Below, one piece after another: positions 40,401 through 52,900 of a DNA stretch of 64,000 nucleotides (position 1 is the first letter of the stretch; every line of letters starts with the position of its first letter). The DNA comes from Tubiluchus corallicola (taxonomy: Eukaryota; Animalia; Priapulida). A program made the translations under genes and the position numbers. The stretch lies in the NCBI GenBank assembly GCA_030141605.1, contig JAQGDQ010000056.1, positions 124,001 through 188,000 of the forward strand, given 5' to 3'. The notes under the pieces are model-generated. The model was not told the origin of the DNA, searched no databases, and worked only from the letters and a program-made list of their open reading frames with translations.

Positions 40401-43400
40401 CTCCAAGTATTTACACATGTGCAATAGATCATTCACCACGGTTAGTTTGTCATACAAAATTGTTTTAAGTTTAAATGGTCCAAGTTAATTTGCATACTGA
40501 TTGCATTGCATAGATGAATATTGTAATTTACCTACCAAGGAATAAAGCCATTACTACAGCAATAGGAAAACATTACAATTCTAGTTACAGAGCAACAATT
40601 TCTTTGCAGTTTTTAACCAAATATGACAAGCACAGAAGTAACACATTTTTGTTTCACATTTTGAGTATAACCTTCTCTTAACTTGCTATATCTTAATTTT
40701 CATATCTGGTAATAGTTCAGACTTCAGGCTGGTTGTCTATGTAAAATGTGATGTGTTTTCTTACAGAAATAAACGAAACAAAGTTTCTCCTTGCAATCTA
40801 CATTTGTAATTTTATAAAATTTTATAGATAAGATGAATTTTGGTCCGCCTCCTCCTGTCGCAATTCTGCCACTTGGCACTGGAAATGATTTGGCACGTTG
40901 TCTTCGATGGGGAGGAGGATACGAAGGTGAAAGCCTTGTCAAGTACTTGAAAAAGGTAGAAAGAGCTGTACCAGTTGCCTTAGATCGGTGGAATATTGAA
41001 TTTTCCAAGGCTGAAGAGGGTGATAATGAAGAAAAGGGTGATCCTATTCCTGGCAATATCATTACCAATTACTTTTCTATTGGTGTGGTAAGCTTGCATA
41101 TGATTTTGACACTTAAATTTTGTGTTTTTGTCTCATGCCATTTCTTGCCTTTCCTGCAAGATATCTTGCATTTTGGTGGGTGAAGAACTGTTGAAATAAT
41201 GTTTATCATGCAGATTTTGCATGTGATTCTGCAGATCTACTTTAATCAAATGAGAACTTATAACATTGTGGGATGTTATTGTATTGAAATGTGTTTTTAA
41301 GATGTTTGTCTTTTAAGCTAGTTTTGTGGTAAATATTTTGGTGACTCTATCAATTAAAATACTACATGTTGTTAACTAAAAATTCACTACGCAGTGCTTC
41401 TTTTTAGAATGCTCTGGGTCATTTATTTAAATTATAATGTAATCACAGTTACGTAAAGCTTTTCTGGTTATGCTTCTGTACTTGACGGGCACTCATTTAG
41501 TCAATGAGTTTGATGATTTTTTCGTTGGAGCTGGCTACAGTTATACTCGTTAATATTAGTTATTTCTACTTTCTGACAAGTGCTTTATAACTCTGACAGC
41601 TCTTCATGATCGACAGCAGCTTTTAAAACATAAGTGCTGTTTGGTTGTAGGTGCGAAAAAGCGCCATCATATGATTAAATTACAACTTATGCCACTTTTA
41701 CTACTTGTGCCTTACTGTGTTTGTTTTTTTCATTTCTTATTCCTATATTCTTTCCTTTCTTGGATTTTGACAGGATGCTTCCATTGCACACCGGTTCCAT
41801 ATTATGCGTGAAAAACATCCAGAAAAGTTTAATAGTCGCATGAAAAACAAACTATGGTATTTTGAATTTGGGACTTCGGAAACATTTTCCACAACGTGCA
41901 AAAACCTTCACGAAAAAATAGATATAATGGTAAGTAGGAAAATCTGACAGTTTCCTAGAACTTAAATATTTGTGGTGTAGTTTGGTATATGAAGAACTAT
42001 ACTAAAATAGCAAAATCAGATGTATAGAAAATCTATAAAATTAGAAAATTGCATTAAAGATTAAACATCACTGTGCTAGAATTTGAATAGCCATGTTCGT
42101 TTTGCCATTTTATTTGTTATTTAGTGTTACTACATAAAAATCAACAATCTAATAAATTTATTATTAAAGATCACATGTTTCTCCTCATCAGATTACATGT
42201 AAATTCGATCTATGCATGTTCGAATAAAGTGTGGGTGACTGTGCTTGCATTTAATGTGTGCATATAAGATTGGGCACTAAATTTGTAATATCCATTTTCT
42301 GCTTCGGTAAAATTGTACCCTGCTTATTCCAACCTTTTTTGAGATAATTTTGATGCAAATTAGCTTTCATCTAATTATTTTGAAAGTTTATTTGATTCAA
42401 ATGAGATTGGTCTAGATGGAAAACAAAGTTCACTGGGTGACTGTTACAGCTAGGACTTCACTCACCGAGCTTTTGGTTTTAGTGCATTTCAGTTCAAGCT
42501 GGTTGCATTCATATCATAGCCTTAATTATCTCACTAAACTAAAACTGTTATTGTCCCGAACAACAAAAATTGATCAGAGATTTCAGCAAGACTAACAGTT
42601 GAAACAACTTATTTGTAAATAATAAACAAATCTTTTAATTTTTAAATAGTATTTTAAATGCTGCTGTGAGCAAATCAACAAAAATAGCAAAAATAATATT
42701 TTGTAATTATTTTTGCAGGGATTTAAATACGAGAGTTGGCAAAATGTTTAATTTTTTGTCTTTTAAAAATCTCATATACGGATAGCATATTATCATTAAA
42801 ATATGATATGGTTTACTTAATTGTAAGCAAGACTTTTCATAACATTTGCACATTAGTTTAAAATAAGTCAGTAGAAAAAAATGCATTTTATATTTTGAAA
42901 ATATAAATTACCCTTCCAAAAAGTGCATGCAAAATTTTAAAATACAAATTATCCTTCTGAAAAGTGCATACAAACTTTTTTCTGATTTTGCATAGTGTGA
43001 TGGCGTCTCATTAGATCTTGCAAATGGCCCGTCATTAGAATGTATTGCTCTACTGAACATTCCAAGCATTTATGGTGGCTCTAACTTGTGGGGTGAAAAT
43101 CTTGGATCAAAGAAACGTGCCAAGCAGTCAAAGAGTCCAAAAAAACGTGAAAAAGAACGGGACTATTCTTCCAGTAGCTTATCATCGGGGTGTGATCCAA
43201 GCTTCATGGTGCAAGGTACTTTATTTTTGTTTATTTTTGTTTAATTTATTGGTAAGTGTTTCATAATTACTTATGAGGCTGTACCCATTTATTGTTTTAT
43301 ATTATCAGGCTTTACTTTCAATTGTGTTACAGTGAATGTTGCCTTAAACCTCCAGACTTGATTAACTAAGATAAGAGTTATTAAATTTATTGAATATTTA

Positions 43401-45237
43401 CATTTCCTTCTTGCATTAAGTGAAAAGAAAACACAAATTTAAATTGTAAAAATTAGATTCAAAAGAACAGTAAGTGAGGTTAGTGTGTATGTGTTGTTCG
43501 GCTAAGTAATTTCTTAGTTACAAAAGTTAGTTCACATGTACGTCACATTATGTCGCATCACATCGTGTCAAGTCACATCACGTTACATCATACAATAATG
43601 TATTGTATATATATTATAATGTCAGTTGTACCCATTATTATCCCTTTTTCTGCATGAGTTGGTATTTGATTATATAATTGCAGCCGAAGCTTCCGTTAAA
43701 TTTTTTCCAAATCAAATACCACTCAAAATGTAGTTTGAATAATACGTATGAATATGCTAAGTGAGGTGCTTTGTGCTTTGTTTAGATATTGGAGACAAGC
43801 TGATTGAAGTGGTTGGTCTGGAGAATGTTTTCCACGCTGCCCAGGTCCGCACAGGCCTTCGTGCTTCTGCACGTCGTCTCGCACAGTGTGCCTCTGTTAC
43901 CATCAGGTATGAAATGTTCATTTGATATTTGTTCTTTGCATTCAGCAATAATCAATTTTCGAGATAACCCAATTTAAAATTTCATCGACTGAAAGTATGT
44001 ACGGTCTGTATCTTCAGCTTTTGCTGAATGCTGAAATTTTTCTTTGAAGTCACTCGATTAGAGCAATGCAAAAGTAGTCCAAAACTGCCATCCATTGTCC
44101 TGAAGTTCTCACTTCTGTGACCTTTGAATGACTGCTGATGTTGTGTAAACTCGAACAGTTCAACTTGTTCTATCCAGTTTTTCAGTTGATATGCTACAAG
44201 GCATACTTAATTTGTTACTTGTTATTTGTTAAATTTTCAAGTCATTCCACCCCAGTCTTACTCTGAAAATGCAATAACCTGGTAACATGATATTTAAATG
44301 TGCCTTGCTGAAATCTTTTGCTCAATATAATTTGTATATTGCAAGTATTCTTTGTGTGCTCCCCGTTATGGAAATTTTAAGCACTACCCCAAAATCTAGT
44401 GAAAAGGGTCAAGGATTTCTTGCAGAGTTACGGCAATTTACGTCTACCTTTTAGATTCACAGACCTGTTGATATATCAACTGTCCACAAAAGTGATGCAG
44501 GTGTTGCCTCTTACGATAGCCATAAAGTTTTAGTATCAGTATAACTGTAATCTAAAGTTACAGAAACTAAATGATTAATCATTAATTGCTAAATGAAAGA
44601 TCTAGTATCATTTTTATTTTAAAATAAATTGTTATTGGAATTTTGTATTATCAACTTGTTAATTTATTAATTGTACTTTTTAGGACAAGGCAAAGATTTC
44701 CCATGCAGATAGATGGAGAGCCCTGGATGCAACCTCCTTGCACGGTAAACATTACTTATCTTCCTTGTTTCTCTTCCAGTTCTCAAGTTTTGTAGCCAAA
44801 TTTTGCAGTAAATTTGTGTTGTTTTTCTGACTGCATGCTGTTTTCAAATTTGTGTTTGCATGTCGCAGCGAAATGCTGACAAAATTGAAGAGTGTGTTAG
44901 ATTACTACATTTCCTGAAGTAAAGAAGAGTGTTGTGTCTAAATTTTTCATTGTCCATTACTCATGGTTTATGATTTTCCAAATCATCAATACAATAATAA
45001 GGGATCACAGTTCAGTATTTGAAACTTTCTTGCAATATATCTTATGAAATTGGCATTCATTCCAATTTTATGTGTCATAAGAATGTTTTCAATACACCAC
45101 AATAAATTGTATCTGCAATTAATTCTGGTGTTTTTCTGAAATATTAGATTCACGTCACTCACAAAAACCAAGTTACCATGATGATGGCGCCACCTAACAA
45201 CCATAAGATGAAGATTTTTAACTTCTTTAAAAAATGA
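28443..45237 (+). CDS. Dgk: Type I (Ca2+/EF-hand) diacylglycerol kinase, DGK alpha/beta/gamma family; 21 coding exons, about 921-923 aa
   Basis: Exons joined in frame by GT-AG introns: 28443-28521, 29303-29379, 31014-31146, 31619-31867, 33760-33915, 34209-34388, 34804-34853, 35518-35592, 35875-35994, 36658-36778, 37328-37416, 38228-38344, 38534-38710, 39801(or 39807)-39955, 40100-40185, 40828-41087, 41774-41929, 42996-43215, 43786-43906, 44684-44744, 45148-45237 (2772 nt with the 39801 acceptor). Motifs: N-terminal [22 protein letters not shown] and [13 protein letters not shown]; EF-hand loops [12 protein letters not shown] and [12 protein letters not shown]; C1 domains [14 protein letters not shown].. 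and [12 protein letters not shown]..; catalytic [34 protein letters not shown]; accessory FSIGVDA and PMQIDGEPW. Confidence 0.96.
28597..28646. repeat. 22-bp direct repeat (local tandem duplication) in the first coding intron of DGK
   Basis: atttgctagctagcccagtaca at 28597-28618 and 28625-28646. Confidence 0.85.
38822..39530. mobile_element. Tc1/mariner (Tigger/pogo-like) MITE in a DGK intron
   Basis: Left end TA|cagtaggtcctcgcttaacgac; right end gtcgttaggcgaggacttctg (reverse complement cagaagtcctcgcctaacgac). Subterminal gtttcg(t/c)ttaacgac-type repeats at both ends. The right TA TSD is not preserved. Confidence 0.78.
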
Positions 45238-48200
45238 CAAGTAAGTTATGTTATTGGTCTCATTGGGTTTTGGTATTTGGGCCTCTACACATCACTAATG
45301 TTTTCGTTCTTTTTCAGTGACACCTTTTAAAAAAGTGTAATGAAAATCATGCATTTGTGCAGTTATAATTTTATATAATTTCATTTGAAGAAGAAGAATA
45401 TGTACTGTATTACTAAAATTTTACCGTGCTTGGTACAGGTTAAATTTAGCAACTGTAATATTTATTACCTTCCACCTAATTGGCAGTCATTTAACAAATG
45501 ATTCTGGCTTATGGTTGGTTTTGTATTTTCAGTTACTGAAAATGCGGTCCGTTCGTGACACGCATGCATTCTCTCACTCCAAAGCTGCTGTTGATAATGA
45601 CCTGTGTAGCATTGTGGAGCATGATTAACATCAGAACTGCACCATAATGACAAACTCCATCCAGTTTTGTAAGCTCTGCTGTATCGTACAATATTGCGAT
45701 GATGAAAATGTGGTCATAAAAAAATATACATGTATGCACATTCATTTCATGAAACAATATTGACATTGAATCATTTTCAACGGCATATCTGTGTATACTT
45801 TTTTTTATTCATATGAGCTGTTAACTAAGATTACAATGAATATGTGAATGGAGAGGAACAGTGGCACTTCTCCTGTTATCTACATTATATCTTAATTCAT
45901 TTGCTTGTAACCCTCAATCAAAGCTGTTGATGTTGGGATACATATGTAAATTTACATGAGACTTGTCATAGTAATATAGCCCTTAATGACTGAAAAGCAA
46001 AACACGATGATGTTATCTTGACTGGAAGAAAAATCTCACCAGAGGTAACAGAATTGTTACACTGTGATGTAGCCGTATTAGGAAATTAGAACTTATATGT
46101 ATAGCTTGCAAACAGAATGTGAATAAATAGAGTAGCACATTAGTTACCGTTCATTTTTATTTGAATTCTTGTCATTTATCCATTCAAGATACTAAGACAG
46201 ATATTGATGTCCGTGATGTAAAAATTCTCATAGTACTAGCCGAAAAAAACAACTAGGCCACCCAATTTTACCAGTCTATATAGATAAAGGCATGTTTTGT
46301 CCTCCTGATTTTACTGTGAAGTTTCATTGATGTAGGTGTAATCTGCTATCAAGTGTTGTTATACTCCATTTAAGACTTTGGGTTGTTAGCAGACGGTAGA
46401 TGAGTGCCTTTCACTTGAAAGCTGTTGATGCTTGTGAGTTTAGTAGTTTTACTTAAGGAAATTCCAAGCTTGTGTGAGTTACGTGATAGGGTAGACAAGG
46501 ATGTCTCATTAGCTGTTTATCAGATGGTGTCGGGAACATGGACTGCTTACATATCATTAAGCAGAAAGAGCTGTGCTGCATATAAAGTAAATGTGCCATT
46601 GGAATAGTGCAGTTTGCTGTTAGAATAAAAAGCAATGTGGCATTAAATTGGCAGCTCTGCAATATATGTTTGTGCAGTGTAAGCGGTGCCTTCTGTAATC
46701 TTAAGAACCACAGCCTCTGTGAAATGACCAAAATTGAACCCGTTTTGAATAGTGTCACGCTATTATTGCGCTGTCTCTTGAAATCTGTTATTAAACATGC
46801 AGATGTACATAGACAATATCTGTTTCCTATGAGTTGAAGTCAAGACACCTAGATAGTAGAATGTAATCGTGTTACATTGTTTCCAACAAAAAGGGTTATG
46901 AAAACTGTTTTAATGTAACCATATTTTAGTTAGTTTTATCATCCCTACTCAATTCAGTTAGTTGGCATGCTACTAATAATAATAAATTATGGTGACTAGA
47001 ATTCTGTAAGTTGAAAGAAACAGTAGCACAGTACTTCTTGTAGACTTGCTCTTTGCCAAAGATTGAAATGGCATGTGATGGCATGTCTGGAGCAGTGCCT
47101 TCTGAATAGATCTAAATTAGATCATTAGTTAAAATGGAATTTAACGATTGCTTGGTGAGTCAGTTAGGCTGTGGCCTTGAAATTGTCTTTACATTGGTTA
47201 GTGAATGAAGCAAAGCAAGCTGTTAATGTTGACAGTCCTTTTTTCAATCTAACTTGTTTAGCAAACTTGTTCCTTGTGCTGTTCTATAAGTGCTAATGCT
47301 ACGGATAACCTATATAATTAAATATATTTTAATATTCTTATTTTAATTCTTAGGAGTTTAGAGTCATTTTGAGTAGTTTACTAAGTATCATCCAGCTATT
47401 CTTTCAGGTATATAATAATCATTGTATATGAATTAAGATAGTGACTGTAAACTAATTTTTTCGGCCAATTGTGTCCTTGTTAAAGTGTATATACAGGTTT
47501 GGGTTCATTATTATGTCAGCTATGTAATACTAAATGTAAAAGTCTATATTCGTTTTAAATTATCTGTCCAGTATTAGATTATCTTATTACATAATACTTG
47601 TATAGAGAAAGTGTATTGTCATAAAATAACTATTAGGAAGGTATAGATAATTTTATTGTTTTAATTGTAATTGTCTTAGAAAATTGGTTATATTACAGAG
47701 GTATTAATTTTTTAATAAAATGTCAAACTCGGAATGTTAGTCAACATTAGTTTATTAACGATTTTCTTCTTAATTTAAGGCATGACTTTTAGTTATACAC
47801 TAAGTTTTGCCCACTCTTTGTTTTGCTCTGTTCAGAGTATGACTTTGTTAATTTTAAGTAGTCAGTAATAAGTCTGTGTATGTAAAGTTGGTTTACATAG
47901 ATTTTCCTGAACATAATGCTTCCATGACAGAAAACAGGTAACCGAGTAATATTTAGTTCAAATTATAGATCTAACCTCAGTCATGTAGGCTACGATATTG
48001 TTATTCTTCCTTCAGGAGGGCTTTCATTGTTTATATTTTCCATTGTTATAATCGAAAATAATCTGTAAAAAATTACGCCACCTAAAACATAATAATAATT
48101 ATAAGAGCTAGTAAAATTAGTTAGGTTCTTGTATACACAGAAGCAGTATAATAATTGGTAGTACATCATATTATGTTGGTTTGTTAAGATAATATAATAT

Positions 48201-49430
48201 CTATGACACCTAGCAAGAATGCCGGTTCTGTGAAATTATTTTGCTTTACAAAAAGTACTGTCTTTCTCGTTATCATGTAACTGTCTGGGAATCTCGTTGC
48301 TCTTGTACTATTTTTTGTGATTTGCTTGACTTGCAGAAATACTGCCATATCAAACAAAAGTGAAACATTATCTAATCTTGTGGTTCAAGTAAGCTTTACC
48401 AATATGTACCTTTTAAGTGTCAAAATTCATTGTGTATTTTACGGCTATTTACTTGTTAGACTTATTTTCTTAGTTAAAATTACTTGTCTGTGTAATTTAT
48501 ATCTCGGGTACTAATTAAGCTAGTCATAACGTATTGTGTACTTAAAAATCACAAGTTGCGTGTTTTTGAATCATGCATTCAAGCAAAATGAAGTTAATTG
48601 TTGAACTCTTGTAAGTTGTGCATTCTTGTACTAGCCTTATAAAAATGCCGATTATTTGTGCTGGAGAGAGTGCTGTGGCTGTAGGATCTTTGTAAAGCTT
48701 AAATGGTAGTTTTTCTTTAAAACTTAAGTAAAGGTAAGCACCAAGTGCTACATGTGTGACTTATTAGTTGAAACTCGGTAAAATCACCCCGTGCGCATGT
48801 TAAAAGTCAAATTGTTACAGCACAACACGTAATGATAGTTTATTTAGAAGTAAAATAATAATTGTTAGAGTTGGCATAATGTCATTAATTGTCACATGCC
48901 CCTCCCCATATCTGTTCTGCATATAGTACAGTAATCAATACAACTTGAACACTTGCATACTCTTTTTGTTTTCTCTTGCTATTGCTTTTCATTTATTTGA
49001 TCATTAAATTAACTGCTTTAGATATTTATGCTATACAGTAATTTTACTTTTACAAGAAAATCTATATTACTTGACTTGTGTTGACTGTAAAGCAATCTCA
49101 TTATTATTATTCTATTGTGCAAATAAATATCAAGAAGTATAAAATGAGCCATTCCTGATTTTCTTTTAATTGACCTATAACAAATCGTGAAGAGTGGTGA
49201 GAATGGTAAAGACCGATGAATGAGTGTCAGCAAAATGGTTCTGGATGCAAAGTGTACCAAAGGTATGACAGAAATAAATTGCTACACCAAACTTTTACAC
49301 GGAAATTAATATTAATTTTGGTAATATCGACTGCAGTTTATAATGGCCAACTGTATAACCAGCATTAACTGCATAAATATTCTGTATTATCCAGGCATAA
49401 CACATATACAGAAGTGTGAGAATAAAGAAA
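45238..49430 (+). other. Probable long (~4 kb) DGK 3'UTR with intron(s) immediately after the stop codon
   Basis: Donor CAA|GTAAGT at 45240/45241 and acceptors at 45317 and 45532. No credible CDS until 49947. AATAAA hexamers near 46122, 46623, 46981, 49122, 49273 and 49421. The true 3' end cannot be determined from sequence alone. Confidence 0.55.
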
Positions 49431-49946
49431 CATTGAGAACTTGGGTCTTGTACGTTTGTGTCTAACAAGTTTTTGTGATTGTCTTGCCTCGAACAAGCCA
49501 TCCTGTGCAGGTTTAAAATGTACCGAAATAGATCTTTAATGACTAATGAGTTTCCAGGCTGTGAATGCAGTAAATATTGTTTACAGCTTACCAGCTAAAG
49601 GTTTGGCCCTCAAAGGTGTGCTGATTGTAGGTGTGCTTCGAGATTTGAGTGTAAATGAGGCTTCCATACTAAAATATTGAGGACTTAATAGATTCTCTAA
49701 TGTTTCAACAATATTTTTTTTATAAAAAAGATGTTCTGTATTATTGGTCGTTGTCTTTTCACCTCTAAAAAGAGGTTATGTTACACACTGTACCCATCTG
49801 AGTGTGGAGAATGAAAATCGGTGAGTACTGAGTATCAGCGTATCACTATCACGGCCCTGCAAAAGTCGCTCTTAAAATACGTTTTAACGGTGCGTCTACT
49901 TTTAAAGCACTCAAAAGCAGATTGCAAGTGCAGTTACTGAAAGAAA

Positions 49947-52900
49947 ATGGCTCCTATGGCAGGTTTGTATTAAATGGGTTTTGTTCGAAATTTTGTTTTG
50001 TTTCGATAGAAATAGTGTTAATTTCTAATTAACAAGCGTACTAATACAACTACTTGGATTCAATTTCTAGCACTTTAATGTGTTTATTATTTGAATACTA
50101 TACTCTATAGGTCGTCGCTTATTATTTTGTTTAGTTTAGTTTATTTTTATTCCATTTGCATAAAGAAATGTTTATATCTCTGTTCAGATAAAAACAGAGA
50201 AATGAACTCTACTGACTTTTAGTTTACTAATCGTTTTGAAAACGTGATCTTTGTGTAATTATTATCATTATTCACCACAATCATATGGTTCTAGTCATGC
50301 GTACGCAACAAGTATAAGACTTAATTAAAATCTATATCATTATCAGCCTACATCTTGTTTGCTTGCTTGCGAAGCCTAAGGCCACGTTTCCACTGCGCCT
50401 GCACAGACATGGGTTTTTTTCTGTTCGACTCACGTAAAAAAATTAGAACAAGAGTGCGCCATTGCAAATCATTGTTTTCCGTGTTTGTTGTTTCCATTTC
50501 GTCTGCATGGAAAGCCATGTACATGCATGTATACGCAGTTTAATTGCCAAACCTTTTTTGTGCGTGCGGACAAGGTTATGTGCATAATCGATGACGAACA
50601 AATCGCACACGCGGTAGAGCTTAGACCTGCTTTGTATGACAAAAGTCATCCCAAATATAGTTGCAGAGCTTCTACAAGGCAGCTGTGGGCCGTAGTAGCC
50701 TTTAAAGTTAATACTGAAGGTAGAATATGTAAATGTATATCTAATTTTTGTTGTTAACGTTTAGACCTGTAAATTTAGGTCTGATTTTGTGAATGTATTG
50801 TGCATGCCCTTTTTAAATTTGTAGTATATATTTACACATGCTGTTGCCGCAGTATTTCGACTTTGTTCCGAAAGTTTCATTGCATAGTTGTGCTGTTACA
50901 GTAGAGAAAATTATTAGCTTCAAAACATTGCTAGCTTTATAATAAAATCCGTTTTTTATTTGAAGTGAACACAACTAGTCTTTAAATTCCACTAGAAAAC
51001 ACGCTGTCAAAATTGCAACATTATGGCATGCAAAATCAAAAACAACTGCAATGGATTAGTAATAAAAAGGAGAAAAGGTACAGAAGATATTATTAAGGCG
51101 TTGCACAAGATTTCATTGAATTGCCACTGTTTGGCCTTCACCATCAAGTGGAAAATGGTGAAGTTAAAGTTGACCAATATATTGGTGCTGTCAGTGCACT
51201 GAGCCTGCAAAAGAATTAAAGAATGAAGGGAGAATAAAATATTCAAGTAGTGTGTGTGTTCTCAAAAACGACACTGACGCTTGCTGTATCGCTTACTTGC
51301 CTTTTTCTTCAACCACCACAGCAAAATAGAATATTTTTTCTTCTAGGAAGTTTCACATCGAGAAGTACGCGCTAAAATTTTGGCGTATTTGTGACGTGTT
51401 ATACGGAATGAGTGCGGTCCCAATGAAAACAGCTGCAGACGTAAAACGTGCAGACAGAAAAATCTGTGCCTATGCGTGTCTGTGTGGGAGCAGTGGAAAC
51501 GCGGCCTAGGAGACCTAACCATAACATGGTTATTGATGGTCTCTGCTCAACAATTTGCAAAATTGAGGCGGATTTGATGCATTAACTGTTTCACCTGCAT
51601 CAAATGTGGTGACCAAACAACACACACATACTCAAGTATTGGTCTTACTACAGCTTTACAAAGAGGTACAATTACTTTTTGCACACGTGATGAAATGCAG
51701 TGTTTTATCATTCCAAAGTGTCTACTGGCCTGAAAAACATTATGCACTATTGGCCTGAAAAATAATATGCTCAATGTGTGAGTTCCACTTCAGGTTGTTT
51801 GCGATTAATACTACCAAATCGCGTATAACTTATTTTTTTTTGTGCTGCATTTAGTACGTTTGAGAGACATTAACCAGTTGTCTCACCATCCCTTAATTTC
51901 AGACAGGTCTGCTTGTAAGATCTCTTGATCAAAGTAATTTCTAATTGGATGGCAAGGTTTTATATCATCAACAAACAGTGGTATACGTGTGTCAGGGGAT
52001 ACACAATCCATAACATCATTGATGAAAATAAGAAAACAATAGGGTCCCAACAAAGTCCCTCGAGGAATGCCATTGGTTACATTTCTCCAGGAAGTGGTTA
52101 CGCCATATAAAACTGCTGTTTGCCGTCTTTGTGTTAGAAAATATTGAAACCATTGGAGTAGTTTCCCTCTTATACTGGCAAATTCCATTTTTAACATGAG
52201 ACAACAAAGAGGAACAGAATCAAATGCTTTTTTAAATCAATATATGGAATATCGGTTATTGAGAGAGAGGGGTCATCAAAGAGTTGGGACCAGTCATTTA
52301 GGCATTCAAGAAGATTTGTTACAGTGGAACGTTGTGGTAATGAGCCATGTTGATTATTACTGAATTAGCATGAAAATACCAGAAAATTTAGTGTATTGTC
52401 TCACAAAAGAGATTCAAGGCATTTAAAAACAATAGAAGATAGAGATAGGGCATAATTCATCACATGTCAAGTTGGTACTAGGTTTTTTAGACATAGGGGT
52501 AACATTACTATCAAACCAGTCTTGAGGGACTATACCTCACTCCAAAGATTTACGAAAAAGAAGAAAGAGGCAGAGTTGAGAGGCGCATGATTTCACCATG
52601 AACATTATCAGGACCAACAGCTATAAATGGTTAAGTTTGAAAAGCTTATCATAGACATCGTTCACAATAACTTCAACGTAAGAAATACTATCGTTATTCC
52701 ACAACAAGGGCGTTGGTAAGGGACCATTATCAGGTTCATTAGTGAAGAGCAAAGCAAAAACCTGTGATAGCCCTTTAGTGATACCTACTGACTACCACCA
52801 ATTTCATCCATGGTAATGGTAGTCTATAGCGATGGTAACTGGAGTTGTAAGCTTGGACAAGCTTGTATTTTGCCCCTCCCTCCAATCTTCAAGGACTCCT

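Noticed and set aside
40724-41068. 114-aa minus-strand ORF (likewise 43757-43948, 54921-55139, 55653-55949, 59342-59584)
   Set aside because: These are antisense shadows of real plus-strand exons.
42905-42980. Imperfect ~41-bp tandem duplication just before a DGK acceptor
   Set aside because: An ordinary local duplication that creates no alternative AG or exon.
45235-45237. Selenocysteine recoding of the DGK UGA (or of the UGA in the 33162-33233 candidate exon)
   Set aside because: I saw no convincing SECIS element, DGKs are not known selenoproteins, and the stop lies where type I DGKs normally end.
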